A stretch of DNA of 24,000 nt from Candidatus Pacearchaeota archaeon (GTDB taxonomy: Archaea; Nanobdellota; Nanobdellia; Pacearchaeales; UBA284), in the NCBI GenBank assembly GCA_026016245.1, contig CP061211.1, positions 134,353 to 158,352 on the forward strand, written 5' to 3'. Position 1 is the first letter of the stretch; each line of letters begins with the position of its first letter. Shown one piece after another: positions 14,130 through 23,328 of the stretch. The position numbers and the translations under genes are program-made. The notes beneath the pieces were generated by a model. The model worked only from the letters and a program-made list of their open reading frames with translations, ran no database searches and was not told where the DNA came from.

Positions 14130-14597
14130 ATGGAACAAAACATAATAACACCCCCATACGAAAAAGAATATCTAGATATAACAGATTTAGAATATCCAGA
14201 TATAACAGATTTTGGTATCCCGATGCCTTCAAAACCTTATGAATCAGTAGAGCTTAGAGTACTTGGTAGAGAAAAGAAGATATCTCTCTTAGAAACATTC
14301 GTGAATATAGAAAAAAGATTTAGTGGATTTGTTTGGTTTAGAGAGAATGAAAAAAACGGAAGAAAAGTGACTTTACAATGTGTGAATGGTTATGTGTATG
14401 ATATTAGAGAAGAAAGTAAAAGTGTAGTGGATGATTCTGAAAACGGGGCTAGAATTTATGAAGCACTTGAATACCCAATTTTTGGATATATCAAAAAAAA
14501 TAACAAGTATGAGGGAGCCCCCAAACTAAAACCAGGTCTTCATTTAGCAAGCGTGGTAAGTAAATTAAAAAAGGCATTAGAATTTGATAAACTTTAA
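14130..14597 (+). CDS. Hypothetical protein (155 aa from the ATG), gene 1 of a five-gene operon
   Basis: The track ORF begins at GTG 14109, inside the palindrome; ATG 14130 (MEQNIITPP) is more likely. Contains a short duplicated peptide, LDITDLEYPDITDFG. Confidence 0.55.
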   Translation: MEQNIITPPYEKEYLDITDLEYPDITDFGIPMPSKPYESVELRVLGREKKISLLETFVNIEKRFSGFVWFRENEKNGRKVTLQCVNGYVYDIREESKSVVDDSENGARIYEALEYPIFGYIKKNNKYEGAPKLKPGLHLASVVSKLKKALEFDKL

Positions 14598-14617
14598 GGG
14601 ATTGGGAGAAAATTAAA

Positions 14618-15418
14618 ATGGAAATAGATGAAATAAATCAAGAAGCAATAAATTTAGATGAACTTTTAGGGAAAGGGGAGATTAAGAAAGAAGAGATAGA
14701 TAGGCAGATTCAAGAAATGGAGAAAGAACCACAAAGAATTTTTTACAAACATGAAAATTTGGATGAAATTGAAAAGAGTGTTGAATCTGAAGAAGAGGAT
14801 CCTACTTGGGGAGGACCAGTAATCCAAAAACCAAAAAAAGAACTAGAAAGAATAATGTTTTGGTTTTCTGATAAGTTAAAAGTTGAGGATCATGAATTCG
14901 AGGCTCTGAGAAGATTGTTTAGATATAAGGGGGTGGGTACATTTCTGATTTATAAACGAGAGATATGTGATAGTTTTTCAAAAATATACAAAAGAAAACC
15001 AGAAGAAAAAATCCCTATTGCTGTACTTGGTGATCAAGATATCCTTAGTGAACAAGAGATTTATAATTTTTTAAATGAAAAAGATAATGAAGCAATTTAT
15101 GTGCTCTTGAAATATGAGAATCCTAGACAATTTCTGAGAGAATTTAATAGATATTATCAAAAAACAGGTATTGAGATAAGAGTTAAGAGTATTAGAGAGG
15201 AAAGAAGATGTGAGGGTAATTTTGAGGAGGAAAATAAAAAGATAAGAGAAGAGATAGAATTAATTGGTGATAAGAGTATTATTGACCTTGATAAAACTAA
15301 AAAAAAGCCAAAAAAAGATTTTGTTGAAGAAATTCTAAATGAAAATGTTAGTGAGATTGAAGATATATTTGGAGATAAAAAAAGTAAATCAGATTCAGAT
15401 AGAGTGAATTATATTTAA
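14618..15418 (+). CDS. Hypothetical acidic protein (266 aa)
   Basis: ORF with GGGAG ~10 nt upstream. Highly acidic N- and C-terminal regions flank a central region that looks globular. No motif recognised. Confidence 0.6.
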   Translation: MEIDEINQEAINLDELLGKGEIKKEEIDRQIQEMEKEPQRIFYKHENLDEIEKSVESEEEDPTWGGPVIQKPKKELERIMFWFSDKLKVEDHEFEALRRLFRYKGVGTFLIYKREICDSFSKIYKRKPEEKIPIAVLGDQDILSEQEIYNFLNEKDNEAIYVLLKYENPRQFLREFNRYYQKTGIEIRVKSIREERRCEGNFEEENKKIREEIELIGDKSIIDLDKTKKKPKKDFVEEILNENVSEIEDIFGDKKSKSDSDRVNYI

Positions 15419-15419
15419 A

Positions 15420-16421
15420 ATGGTAGATGAAAAGAAAGAGACAAGTAGACCAAATATCCCTGGATTTCAAACAGAAGAAGAGTTATTAGCAGAGATGCTT
15501 GGTGGTGCAAATGTTAAGAGACATACAGTGACACGTTATGAAAAGAAAATTCCTATGAGCAGGGAACAAATAGAGAGTCTAAATTTAGCAGCTTCTAAAT
15601 TAAGTAAATTATGGCCAGGATATGAAATAGAGACTTCTTTTCGCGATTCAGTTAATGTAAGTACTGGCTATGGAATGAGTGAAGTAGTACCTGCCACTTC
15701 CTACTTTACTAAATGGAAGGGAAAGCTGACCCAAGATAAATTAAGCATTGGTTATAATGAAGAAAAAAATATTGGAGCTATAAAATTTGAAGCTGATGGT
15801 AACAGAGAAATAAGAGATACAGGAGTTTATTATTTATCCAATGTCATAAATCTTATTGTTTTTAAAGGACGTAGGTTGGATGAGTCTAATTTGGATAGGT
15901 ATACAAATCCCCTCATAAAAGAAGCTTTAGAAATTTTAAGAAAAGATCTTGAACCAGTAAGGACAAACAGAACAATTCAACAAGTAATAGAAAATACAAA
16001 AATAGATGAGCCTGAGAGATTAAAGTGCGAACCTAAAAAATTTGATTTTTTGGGGGAACTAGGAGACTTGGTTGGATATATGGATAATCTTGTTGCAGAG
16101 AAAGGTGGGTTTGCTGGCATGAGCATAGTTGATCAGCAATATGAGGCTCCTGACAACAAGAATGCTGGAGAAATTATTATTAAAAAGAGATCTGAAATTT
16201 CAGATTTTGTTGATAAGTATCAATTAAGTGAGTTAGGTGCAATAGCCAAAGGAGCGATCATTATTAATGCTCTTCTTGAAAGCAGGATAGATGAAGCTCT
16301 AGCTCTTGCTAAGTATCTTCCTGATAACTATAAAGAAAAAGTTTATTCAATTGTTGAGGATATCCAACAGAATTATTCTCAAAATAATAAATTAAATCAA
16401 AACAACTTGAAAGGGGGTTAA
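15420..16421 (+). CDS. Hypothetical protein (333 aa)
   Basis: Starts 1 nt after the previous stop. Non-repetitive composition. No motif recognised. Confidence 0.6.
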   Translation: MVDEKKETSRPNIPGFQTEEELLAEMLGGANVKRHTVTRYEKKIPMSREQIESLNLAASKLSKLWPGYEIETSFRDSVNVSTGYGMSEVVPATSYFTKWKGKLTQDKLSIGYNEEKNIGAIKFEADGNREIRDTGVYYLSNVINLIVFKGRRLDESNLDRYTNPLIKEALEILRKDLEPVRTNRTIQQVIENTKIDEPERLKCEPKKFDFLGELGDLVGYMDNLVAEKGGFAGMSIVDQQYEAPDNKNAGEIIIKKRSEISDFVDKYQLSELGAIAKGAIIINALLESRIDEALALAKYLPDNYKEKVYSIVEDIQQNYSQNNKLNQNNLKGG

Positions 16422-16424
16422 AAA

Positions 16425-17312
16425 ATGAAATTTATAGCTTTATTAATGGCCCTTGTTTTAGTAATTGCAATGCTTCCTTCAACTTTTGCTGTTGGAGTAA
16501 AGCCTATATGGACAACTGAAAGTGTTAAAAGTATAAGAGAGAAATTTACAGAGCAGAGCACTTTTAGAGAACAAATCAAGCAGCAGATTCAGGATTGTAA
16601 AGACAGGGAGGATGAAGAGTGTATGGCTATAAAAGAGGCTGCTCAACAACTTACAAAAAATATTCTTTTGAGAGTATGTTCAAGAAGTGAGGATATTTTT
16701 GAGAGGTTTGAAGATAGGATAGAGAAGGATCCAAAACTGACTGAGGAAGAGAAAGATGTATTGAAAGAATCTCTACAGAACCAGAAAGACCAATTAGAAG
16801 AGATCTGCGAAGATATTGAAGATGCAGATGAAGAAAGACTTAAGGAAATTGTTGCAGAGATTAGGGCCTTGATAAAAGGAACTCATCTGAAATTTAGGAT
16901 TGCAAGAAAACTTGTCCTTTTGCATAGAATGGGCTTGATTATTGAGAGGGCTGAACATCTTGAAACAAAACTAGATGATTTTATAGAGAAATGGAATTGT
17001 ACAAATACAACCAACATAGATCCTCTTGTAGAACAATTTAACAGCCAGATAGCAGAGGCAAGAGAATCTTATAATGAAAGCAGAGATTTATGGGGCCAGT
17101 TTATAGAAACTGTACAAAATCATGAACCAGACACTGAAATACTTAGAGAAGCTCAGTCAAAGATGCAAGAAGCTCAGTCAAAGCTAAAAGAAGCTCATAA
17201 AACTCTTAAAGAAATAATTCAGGAATTAAGAAAGTGTAGAGAAGCTAGTGGAGAGGAAGAAGAGCCTGAAGAAGAACCAGAGGAAGAGGAAGAAGAGGAG
17301 CCAGAAGAGTAA
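16425..17312 (+). CDS. Secreted coiled-coil, Cys-containing acidic protein (295 aa)
   Basis: Signal peptide MKFIALLMALVLVIAMLPSTFA. Long helical charged regions and a duplicated EAQSK(M/L)(Q/K)EA motif. C-terminal EEEEPEEEPEEEEEEEPEE is encoded by a ~65-nt purine tract. Confidence 0.65.
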   Translation: MKFIALLMALVLVIAMLPSTFAVGVKPIWTTESVKSIREKFTEQSTFREQIKQQIQDCKDREDEECMAIKEAAQQLTKNILLRVCSRSEDIFERFEDRIEKDPKLTEEEKDVLKESLQNQKDQLEEICEDIEDADEERLKEIVAEIRALIKGTHLKFRIARKLVLLHRMGLIIERAEHLETKLDDFIEKWNCTNTTNIDPLVEQFNSQIAEARESYNESRDLWGQFIETVQNHEPDTEILREAQSKMQEAQSKLKEAHKTLKEIIQELRKCREASGEEEEPEEEPEEEEEEEPEE

Positions 17313-17320
17313 ATAAGAAA

Positions 17321-17530
17321 ATGGAATCAAGAATACTTATGATAGTTTTAGTTATTATGCTCCTCTTGACACTTTTTCTTGTTTCAGGTGCTGGTTGTGG
17401 TGAAGAAGAAGTCAGTGCAGAAAGTCTAGATTCAGAATTAAGTGATTTGGAAAGCATGAGTCAGGCTCTTAATGATTTGGAGTTTGATATGAATGAATCA
17501 GAGTTAGATGATTTAGAAGGGATTATCTAA
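17321..17530 (+). CDS. Small secreted or lipoprotein-like acidic protein (69 aa)
   Basis: Hydrophobic N-terminus ILMIVLVIMLLLTLFLVSGAGC followed by an acidic tail. The Cys directly after the h-region is lipobox-like. Confidence 0.5.
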   Translation: MESRILMIVLVIMLLLTLFLVSGAGCGEEEVSAESLDSELSDLESMSQALNDLEFDMNESELDDLEGII

Positions 17531-17900
17531 TCTCTTTCTTTTTATTTTTATAAATACCCTCAACTATCCCTTCTGCGAATTTTTTTGAATCTTTTGGGGT
17601 TGAGTCATAAAAAGAAATTTTATATTCATGAGGAATTTCACTTAATATCCCCCATAATTCATTTTTTGTTAAATCAGAAGGCAAGGCTATATATGCATTT
17701 CCTATTATATAAGCTGTAATGTCTCTGTCATTTCTAGTTCCAATAGTTTGAGGATTAAATACATGAATATCTTTTACTTTTACATCAATCCCCCTGCCTA
17801 AAGTTTCTTTTATATTCCATATCACTACTCCTTTCCAATTAAAATTAAGATCAAGACCTATCTGGATAAAATTCCGTAATTCTTCAATTAGATTTGTCAT
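17523..17900 (-). CDS. Hypothetical protein (125 aa) downstream of nrdG
   Basis: ORF starts 43 nt downstream of the nrdG stop on the same strand. No motif recognised. Confidence 0.5.
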   Translation of the reverse strand: MTNLIEELRNFIQIGLDLNFNWKGVVIWNIKETLGRGIDVKVKDIHVFNPQTIGTRNDRDITAYIIGNAYIALPSDLTKNELWGILSEIPHEYKISFYDSTPKDSKKFAEGIVEGIYKNKKKEIR

Positions 17901-17943
17901 TTTTATTTAATTATAGAAATACAAGGAAGAAATTTTTAAAGAT

Positions 17944-18642
17944 TTATATTCTAAGATGTATCTGTTCAAAATAAGGTTTAAGTGCTTTCTGAAATTTTTT
18001 AAGCTCTTGTTTTGTATAAGGTTCTATTTTTTCATAGTGCTCGATTAGTGTGTTTTGTGGCTGGAATTGCTGTAAAGAGAATAATTTGTTTGCTTGACTT
18101 TCTTTCAGATATTGTGCTATTTCCATCAGCTTTTCTTCTGTAATGATCCCTGGCACGCAAGTAGTTCTAAACTCATAATTTTTTATTTGTTTGATGATTT
18201 CTATTGATTGTTTTATTTGCTCTATATCTATTATTCTTTGGGCGACTCTTTCATAATCATCTTGCTTTATGGTTGTTTTAATGTCCATTGCTATGTAATC
18301 CACAAGTTTGTTTTTTATTAGGGTTTGAAGCATTTCTGGATTTGAGCCATTTGTATCTATCTTAATTAGGAATCCTAGTTCTTTGATTTTCTTGCAGAAT
18401 TCTGGCAAATCATTATAGATTGTGGGCTCTCCTCCACAAATAACGACTGCATCAATGAATCTTTTTCTTTTTTCCAGATAAGAGAAAATTTCTTCTTCAG
18501 ATATTGCTGGCACTTTTTTTAGCACAAGCTGGGGATTATAACAGAAAGGGCATCTAAAATTACAGCCTTGGACAAAGATTGTTGAGGAAATTTTTTTAGG
18601 ATAATCTATTAAAGTAACTTTTTGAAAACCACCTATTATCAT
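17944..18642 (-). CDS. nrdG: Anaerobic ribonucleoside-triphosphate reductase activating protein (radical SAM)
   Basis: N-terminal GGFQKVTLIDYPKKISSTIFVQGCNFRCPFCYNP contains CxxxCxxC. GGEPT motif present. Lies 19 nt downstream of nrdD. Confidence 0.9.
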   Translation of the reverse strand: MIIGGFQKVTLIDYPKKISSTIFVQGCNFRCPFCYNPQLVLKKVPAISEEEIFSYLEKRKRFIDAVVICGGEPTIYNDLPEFCKKIKELGFLIKIDTNGSNPEMLQTLIKNKLVDYIAMDIKTTIKQDDYERVAQRIIDIEQIKQSIEIIKQIKNYEFRTTCVPGIITEEKLMEIAQYLKESQANKLFSLQQFQPQNTLIEHYEKIEPYTKQELKKFQKALKPYFEQIHLRI

Positions 18643-18661
18643 TCTTTCCTTTTTCTTTCCT

Positions 18662-21600
18662 TTAATCTTTTATAGGGATTGTTTTAAGTGTTGTATCAAA
18701 AGTTTTTCTGTCAGTGAATTCTGTTCTCTTTCCATTGTTCCATTGATCTACTGGTCGAAGATAGCCAACAACTCTAGAATAAACCTCACACTTATTTTTG
18801 CATTGCGGGCATAGGAAATGTTGTCCAAAAAAGTAGCCATGTTTGGTACAGATGCTGAATGTTGGTGTTATAGTGAAATATGGAAGTCTAAAGTTTTCGC
18901 AAACTTTTTTTAATAGAGCCTTGATTGCTTCTTTTGATGGCATGCTCTCCCCAATAAAAGCATGAAAAACTGTTCCTCCAGTGTATTTTGTTTGTAATGG
19001 ATCCTGTAGTTCTAAAGCAAGAAAAAGATCATTAGTGTAGTTAACTGGTAGATTTGTTGAGTTAGTATAATAAGGGTCAGCCCCATTTTCCACTGCAGCA
19101 TTGTTAGCTACAATTATATCAGGAAATGCTTTTTTGTCTATCTTTGCTAATCTATAACTTGCTCCTTCAGCTGGCGTAGCTTCTAAATTGTAAAGATCAT
19201 TTGTTTCTTTTTGATATTTTATTATTTCTCCCCTCATAAAGTCAAGAACTGATTCAGCAAATTTCCTACCTCTTTCTGTTCCAATATCCAGATTAAATAA
19301 ATTCATACAAGCTTCATTCATTCCTAATAAGCCAATAGTTGAGAAATGATTCACCCAGTATTTATTATAAACTTTTTTTATTTCCCTCAAATAGAATTTT
19401 GCATAGGGATACAAGCCTCTGTCAGTAAATTCCTCAAGAACCTTTCTTTTTATTTCTAGACTTTCCTTTGCTATATTCATTAACTTTCCGAGTTTTTCAA
19501 AAAATTCTTCCTCGTTTTTTGTCAAATAACCTATCCTTGGCAAATTTATTGTTACTACTCCTATTGAATTACCGCACCAGCTAACTTTTCCATTTCTTCT
19601 AACAAAGACGGTGTGATTTTTTACTTCACAACAATAGATTTTTCCTTCATAATAAGCTTTTTTGATATTTCTTTTTCTTAGCCTATAATGTTTTGCTTTT
19701 TGAACTCCAAGAACATAAATAACCCCAGCTTTTATTTTCCTTCCTTTGATTTGAGAAACTTTTTTCTTTTGAGATATACTTGTTCCTAGCCATCCTAATT
19801 TCATAATTATTTCCTGTAAATCATCTGCTAATCTTTTAGAAGGAGTCCAATAATTTATTTGACCAGTAATTTTTCTAACATAACCATCACCTTTTACCAT
19901 CCAATCAAATAAGATTTTCAACTGTCTTTTACTTAATCTTTTAATTTCCTTTGGGATAAACTTTTCATATTTATTTCCAAATTGTCGTAAATAAGTCCAT
20001 AACTGCTTATTACAAATTACAAAATTTATTGCCCTTTCTATATAATAATTAAAAGGTAAAGAGTCTAAAACTCTTTTAATCTCTTCTTTTTTCTTTTTAT
20101 TTACTTGGCTAATCACAGTCCTATAACCATGGTTTTTAGCACTTTTTTCATTATCAGTACATCCTTCAGCTAACCAGAATCCAAAGAAGCGCAGCCAATT
20201 ATCCATCTCAATTTTTAAAGCATCTCGATACACCTTGTAAGGAGTTCTTCCCTGCCTTCCATATTTTGTAAATTTAATTCCAGGCAAAATAAACCATGTT
20301 GTCTCTTCTCCTCTCCAAATACCTTGTTTTGGGATACGTTGATTATTAAAATCAAAATCTTTTGCTTCTACAAACTTTCTTTTACCACTCCCTACTTGGT
20401 CTACTACCATTCGATGATTTGGGGTGACTAATAAATCCATGGATTTTGTTTTAAATTGGCACATTTCTCCTTTATGGTTATATTTGAAAAGTTTTTTTGG
20501 TTTATGCAATTCAATTTCATTATTCCTAACTAATGTAAATATCATTTCATTTTTGGTTAAATCTTTAAAAAGTTTCCAGCCATTTTCTGTTAAAATTTCT
20601 GTTTTTTCATCATAACAACCAGTCAAAGGATTTGCTCCGAATAATCCCCCCCCTCTTTTAACAAGCTCTCTGTTATCTAACCTTAAGCGGCAACACATAC
20701 TTCTCGCATCTTCTGGTTTCATATCACTATTAATGAAATTTGAAAAATAAGGTATACCATATTTTGCTGTCATTTCCCATATTTTGTCATATTTTGGACT
20801 GTTCCATGCAAAATCTTTTGTGATGTTGTATGTGGGAATAGGAAATGTAAATACTCTATCAACATCATCACCACCAGTATAAACTTCAGTGAGAGCCTGA
20901 TTAAAAATATCCATCTCTTCCTGGAAATCACCATAAGTTTCTTTCATTGGGTTTCCTCCTATAATTACTGGCTCGTTTCTCATGAATTCTGGCACTTTCA
21001 AATCAAGAGTTATATTTGTGAAAGGTGTATTTCCTGTTATGAATACCTTGCCATTTCTTCTTGCAATAACTGTTCCGTTTTCAGTATTAGGACACCAGAT
21101 TGTTCCTAAGTATCTTATCTTTTTGATTTTATTTATGTAAGTATCCTTGTGTTTTATCAGCCTTAGCACATAAATGGTTTTGGTTCCAATTGTTGGTTTT
21201 CTTTCTAAAATAGTTGACCCATATCCTGCATTTGATGCAATTGCCTGTAAATCATTTAAAATGTCTATGTTAGAAGTTGCAATCTTACAATTCTCAGAGC
21301 CTTCAGCTTTCAGGTAATTATCTATAAACAATTCAGACTGACGCTGGCTCATATCTAATAGAATTTTTGGAATAAAGCTAATACTTGCTTTACTGAACCA
21401 TTTATGTATTATTTTTGATGATGCAGCATTTAATCTTATTCTCTGAACTGGTTTTCCTAAGCCATGTTGAGTATATTCAGAATACTTTAATTTGAAATGT
21501 TTTAGCAATTTTTTTATTTCTTCATAATTTTTCTTGTTTTTTATTTCTGATTGATAAATACTAACTCTATAACAGCATCTGTGTTTGCCTGGTTTTTCTA

Positions 21601-22813
21601 TACTCCCTTCTCCAATTATCCATGCTATTAATTTAATTTGTTCATCACTTACTGGAATGTCTTTCTTAGAATTTTTAGCTGCTATTGGTACAATAAAATG
21701 TGATTTTAATTTTATGACTTTTTCAATTGGTTCTAAAACATAATTATTAGTATTAAATTTTTTTCTTACGACTTTATGTCTAGGGGAAATTAATTGGTCT
21801 TGTATCCTATTTTTTAAATTATACATAACCCCTTCATATTCCTTTTTAAATACACTATTTACTTTTGTGTTTTCTATCACTTTTTTTTCTATATTGAATG
21901 TTTTTATTATCATATCTTTTTTTATTTCATTATATTTTTTCCATCCATTAATAGTCAGTATTTCTGTATCTTCTGAAATACACTGAAATCCTACACGAGT
22001 TGGAACATTTACATTAAACATGAATTCCTGCAAAGCTTGTTTAACTTCTTTATAACCTAAACCATCATATCGAATAAATGGCGCTAAAAGAGTATCAAAG
22101 TTTGATAAAGCTTGGGCACCTGCAGCTTCTCCTTGAAGTGTATAGAAAAAATTAACAACTTGGCCTAAAGCTACTTTGAAGTGTTTTGCTGGTTTACTAT
22201 CTATTTTTCCATAAACACCTTTGAATCCTGTCAAAAGCAAATCTTTAAGATCCCATCCAACACAATATGGAGCAAGAACACCTAAATCATGAACATGAAA
22301 TGTTCCACTTGTGTGGGCCTCTCTTATTTCTGGGGGATAAATCTTTTTTAGCCAGTATTGTGATGTTATGAAAGAAGAGACATGATAATTAAGTCCTTGA
22401 AGAGAATAAGCCATGTTAGAATTCTCCTTGATACGCCAGTCCTGACCCGTCAGATATTCCTCTACTTTTTTTGTATTTGTCAAGAGTTCAGAAACTTTTC
22501 TTATGTCCTCGTGCTGTTTTCTGTAAAGAATGTAAGATTTGGCTGTTTCAACATAATTATTTCTCATTAAAACTCTCTCAACAACATCCTGGATACTTTC
22601 AACACTAGAGATTTGGCCAGGAGCAAGCTGGTCTTCTATTATGATAGTAACTTTATGTGCAAGAGTTTCAGCTATCCTCTTGTTTTCTATTTCATCTTTC
22701 CCAGTCTCTTTTGTAGCATTAAGTGCTTTTTCAATAGCAACAGCTATTTTTCCAAGATTGAATTCTGCGATAGAACCATCTCTTTTACGAATCTCTTTTA
22801 AAATTTTAGCCAC
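18662..22813 (-). CDS. nrdD: Anaerobic (class III) ribonucleoside-triphosphate reductase containing two inteins (715-aa mature extein)
   Basis: N-terminal ATP-cone (IRKRDGSIAEFNLGKIAVAIEKAL). Catalytic SMCCRLRLD. C-terminal Cys cluster CTKHG...CPQCKNKC. Glycyl-radical motif RVVGYLRP (Gly codon 18764-18766). The start is GTG 22813 embedded in AGGAGGTG, 10 nt after the nrdR stop. Confidence 0.95.
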   Translation of the reverse strand: MAKILKEIRKRDGSIAEFNLGKIAVAIEKALNATKETGKDEIENKRIAETLAHKVTIIIEDQLAPGQISSVESIQDVVERVLMRNNYVETAKSYILYRKQHEDIRKVSELLTNTKKVEEYLTGQDWRIKENSNMAYSLQGLNYHVSSFITSQYWLKKIYPPEIREAHTSGTFHVHDLGVLAPYCVGWDLKDLLLTGFKGVYGKIDSKPAKHFKVALGQVVNFFYTLQGEAAGAQALSNFDTLLAPFIRYDGLGYKEVKQALQEFMFNVNVPTRVGFQCISEDTEILTINGWKKYNEIKKDMIIKTFNIEKKVIENTKVNSVFKKEYEGVMYNLKNRIQDQLISPRHKVVRKKFNTNNYVLEPIEKVIKLKSHFIVPIAAKNSKKDIPVSDEQIKLIAWIIGEGSIEKPGKHRCCYRVSIYQSEIKNKKNYEEIKKLLKHFKLKYSEYTQHGLGKPVQRIRLNAASSKIIHKWFSKASISFIPKILLDMSQRQSELFIDNYLKAEGSENCKIATSNIDILNDLQAIASNAGYGSTILERKPTIGTKTIYVLRLIKHKDTYINKIKKIRYLGTIWCPNTENGTVIARRNGKVFITGNTPFTNITLDLKVPEFMRNEPVIIGGNPMKETYGDFQEEMDIFNQALTEVYTGGDDVDRVFTFPIPTYNITKDFAWNSPKYDKIWEMTAKYGIPYFSNFINSDMKPEDARSMCCRLRLDNRELVKRGGGLFGANPLTGCYDEKTEILTENGWKLFKDLTKNEMIFTLVRNNEIELHKPKKLFKYNHKGEMCQFKTKSMDLLVTPNHRMVVDQVGSGKRKFVEAKDFDFNNQRIPKQGIWRGEETTWFILPGIKFTKYGRQGRTPYKVYRDALKIEMDNWLRFFGFWLAEGCTDNEKSAKNHGYRTVISQVNKKKKEEIKRVLDSLPFNYYIERAINFVICNKQLWTYLRQFGNKYEKFIPKEIKRLSKRQLKILFDWMVKGDGYVRKITGQINYWTPSKRLADDLQEIIMKLGWLGTSISQKKKVSQIKGRKIKAGVIYVLGVQKAKHYRLRKRNIKKAYYEGKIYCCEVKNHTVFVRRNGKVSWCGNSIGVVTINLPRIGYLTKNEEEFFEKLGKLMNIAKESLEIKRKVLEEFTDRGLYPYAKFYLREIKKVYNKYWVNHFSTIGLLGMNEACMNLFNLDIGTERGRKFAESVLDFMRGEIIKYQKETNDLYNLEATPAEGASYRLAKIDKKAFPDIIVANNAAVENGADPYYTNSTNLPVNYTNDLFLALELQDPLQTKYTGGTVFHAFIGESMPSKEAIKALLKKVCENFRLPYFTITPTFSICTKHGYFFGQHFLCPQCKNKCEVYSRVVGYLRPVDQWNNGKRTEFTDRKTFDTTLKTIPIKD
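19568..20617 (-). mobile_element. nrdD intein 2 (350 aa) with a LAGLIDADG homing-endonuclease domain
   Basis: Inserted at GANPLTG|C...GN|SIGVVTINLPR. Starts CYDEKTEILTENGWK, has block B LVTPNHRM, LAGLIDADG motifs FFGFWLAEGCT and LFDWMVKGDGYV, and ends RRNGKVSWCGN with +1 Ser. Codon positions were checked on the nucleotide sequence. Confidence 0.9.
21029..21982 (-). mobile_element. nrdD intein 1 (318 aa) with a LAGLIDADG homing-endonuclease domain
   Basis: Inserted at PTRVGFQ|C...GN|TPFTNITLD. Starts CISEDTEILTINGWK, has block B LISPRHKV, LAGLIDADG motifs LIAWIIGEGSI and FIDNYLKAEGS, and ends RRNGKVFITGN with +1 Thr. Codon positions were checked on the nucleotide sequence. Confidence 0.9.
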
Positions 22814-22823
22814 CTCCTAACTG

Positions 22824-23261
22824 TTATTTTTTCCCTAACTCTTTTATTGTTTTTCTAAAATCCCCAATATCCTCAAATTCTCTATATACAGAAGCAAATC
22901 GAATATAAGCAACTTTATCAATCTTTTTCAATTTTTTCATGACCATTTCTCCTATGATTTTGCTTGGAATTTCAGGGCCATATCCCCTGATTCTTGTCTC
23001 TATCTCTGCAACAGCCTTTTCTATCGTTTCCTGACTTACAGGCCTTTTTTCGCAAGCTTTCATCATCCCTATCAAAAGCTTCTCTCTATCAAAGGGTTCT
23101 CTTCTCTCATCTTTTTTTATTACTCTCATATTTGTCTCTATCCTTTCATATGTGGTAAATCTCTTTTTACATTTCAAACATTCACGTCTTCTCCTAGTGA
23201 TGTTTTCTGTATCTCTTTTATCCAAAACTTTTGTATTTCCAGAGCAATAAGGACATTTCAT
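22824..23261 (-). CDS. nrdR: NrdR transcriptional repressor (zinc ribbon + ATP-cone)
   Basis: MKCPYCSGNTKVLDKRDTENITRRRRECLKCKKRFTTYERIE is the canonical NrdR N-terminus. It is followed by an ATP-cone (VIKKDERREPFDREKL...). Confidence 0.9.
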   Translation of the reverse strand: MKCPYCSGNTKVLDKRDTENITRRRRECLKCKKRFTTYERIETNMRVIKKDERREPFDREKLLIGMMKACEKRPVSQETIEKAVAEIETRIRGYGPEIPSKIIGEMVMKKLKKIDKVAYIRFASVYREFEDIGDFRKTIKELGKK

Positions 23262-23280
23262 TTTTGATTTATTTTTAAAA

Positions 23281-23296
23281 ACACAATATCTTGTGT
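23281..23296. promoter_or_regulatory. NrdR box 1 (ACACAATATCTTGTGT)
   Basis: Matches the 16-bp NrdR-box consensus acaCwAtATaTwGtgt at 15/16 positions. Starts 20 nt upstream of the nrdR ATG. Confidence 0.7.
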
Positions 23297-23312
23297 CCTC
23301 TTTTAATATAAA

Positions 23313-23328
23313 ACTACATATAGTATGT
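23313..23328. promoter_or_regulatory. NrdR box 2, degenerate (ACTACATATAGTATGT)
   Basis: About 11/16 to the consensus. Contains the palindrome ACATA-TAG-TATGT. It is separated from box 1 by exactly 16 bp (centres 32 bp apart) and is flanked by the palindromic TATA-like TTTATAAA at 23331-23338. Confidence 0.45.

Noticed and set aside
22517-22526. TTCTGTAAAG, a 10-nt match to the core of the terminal inverted repeat, inside nrdD
   Set aside because: It lacks the GG terminus and the GGTTGGT sub-motif, lies in conserved coding sequence, and a 10-mer this AT-rich is expected by chance at roughly 0.1 per window.
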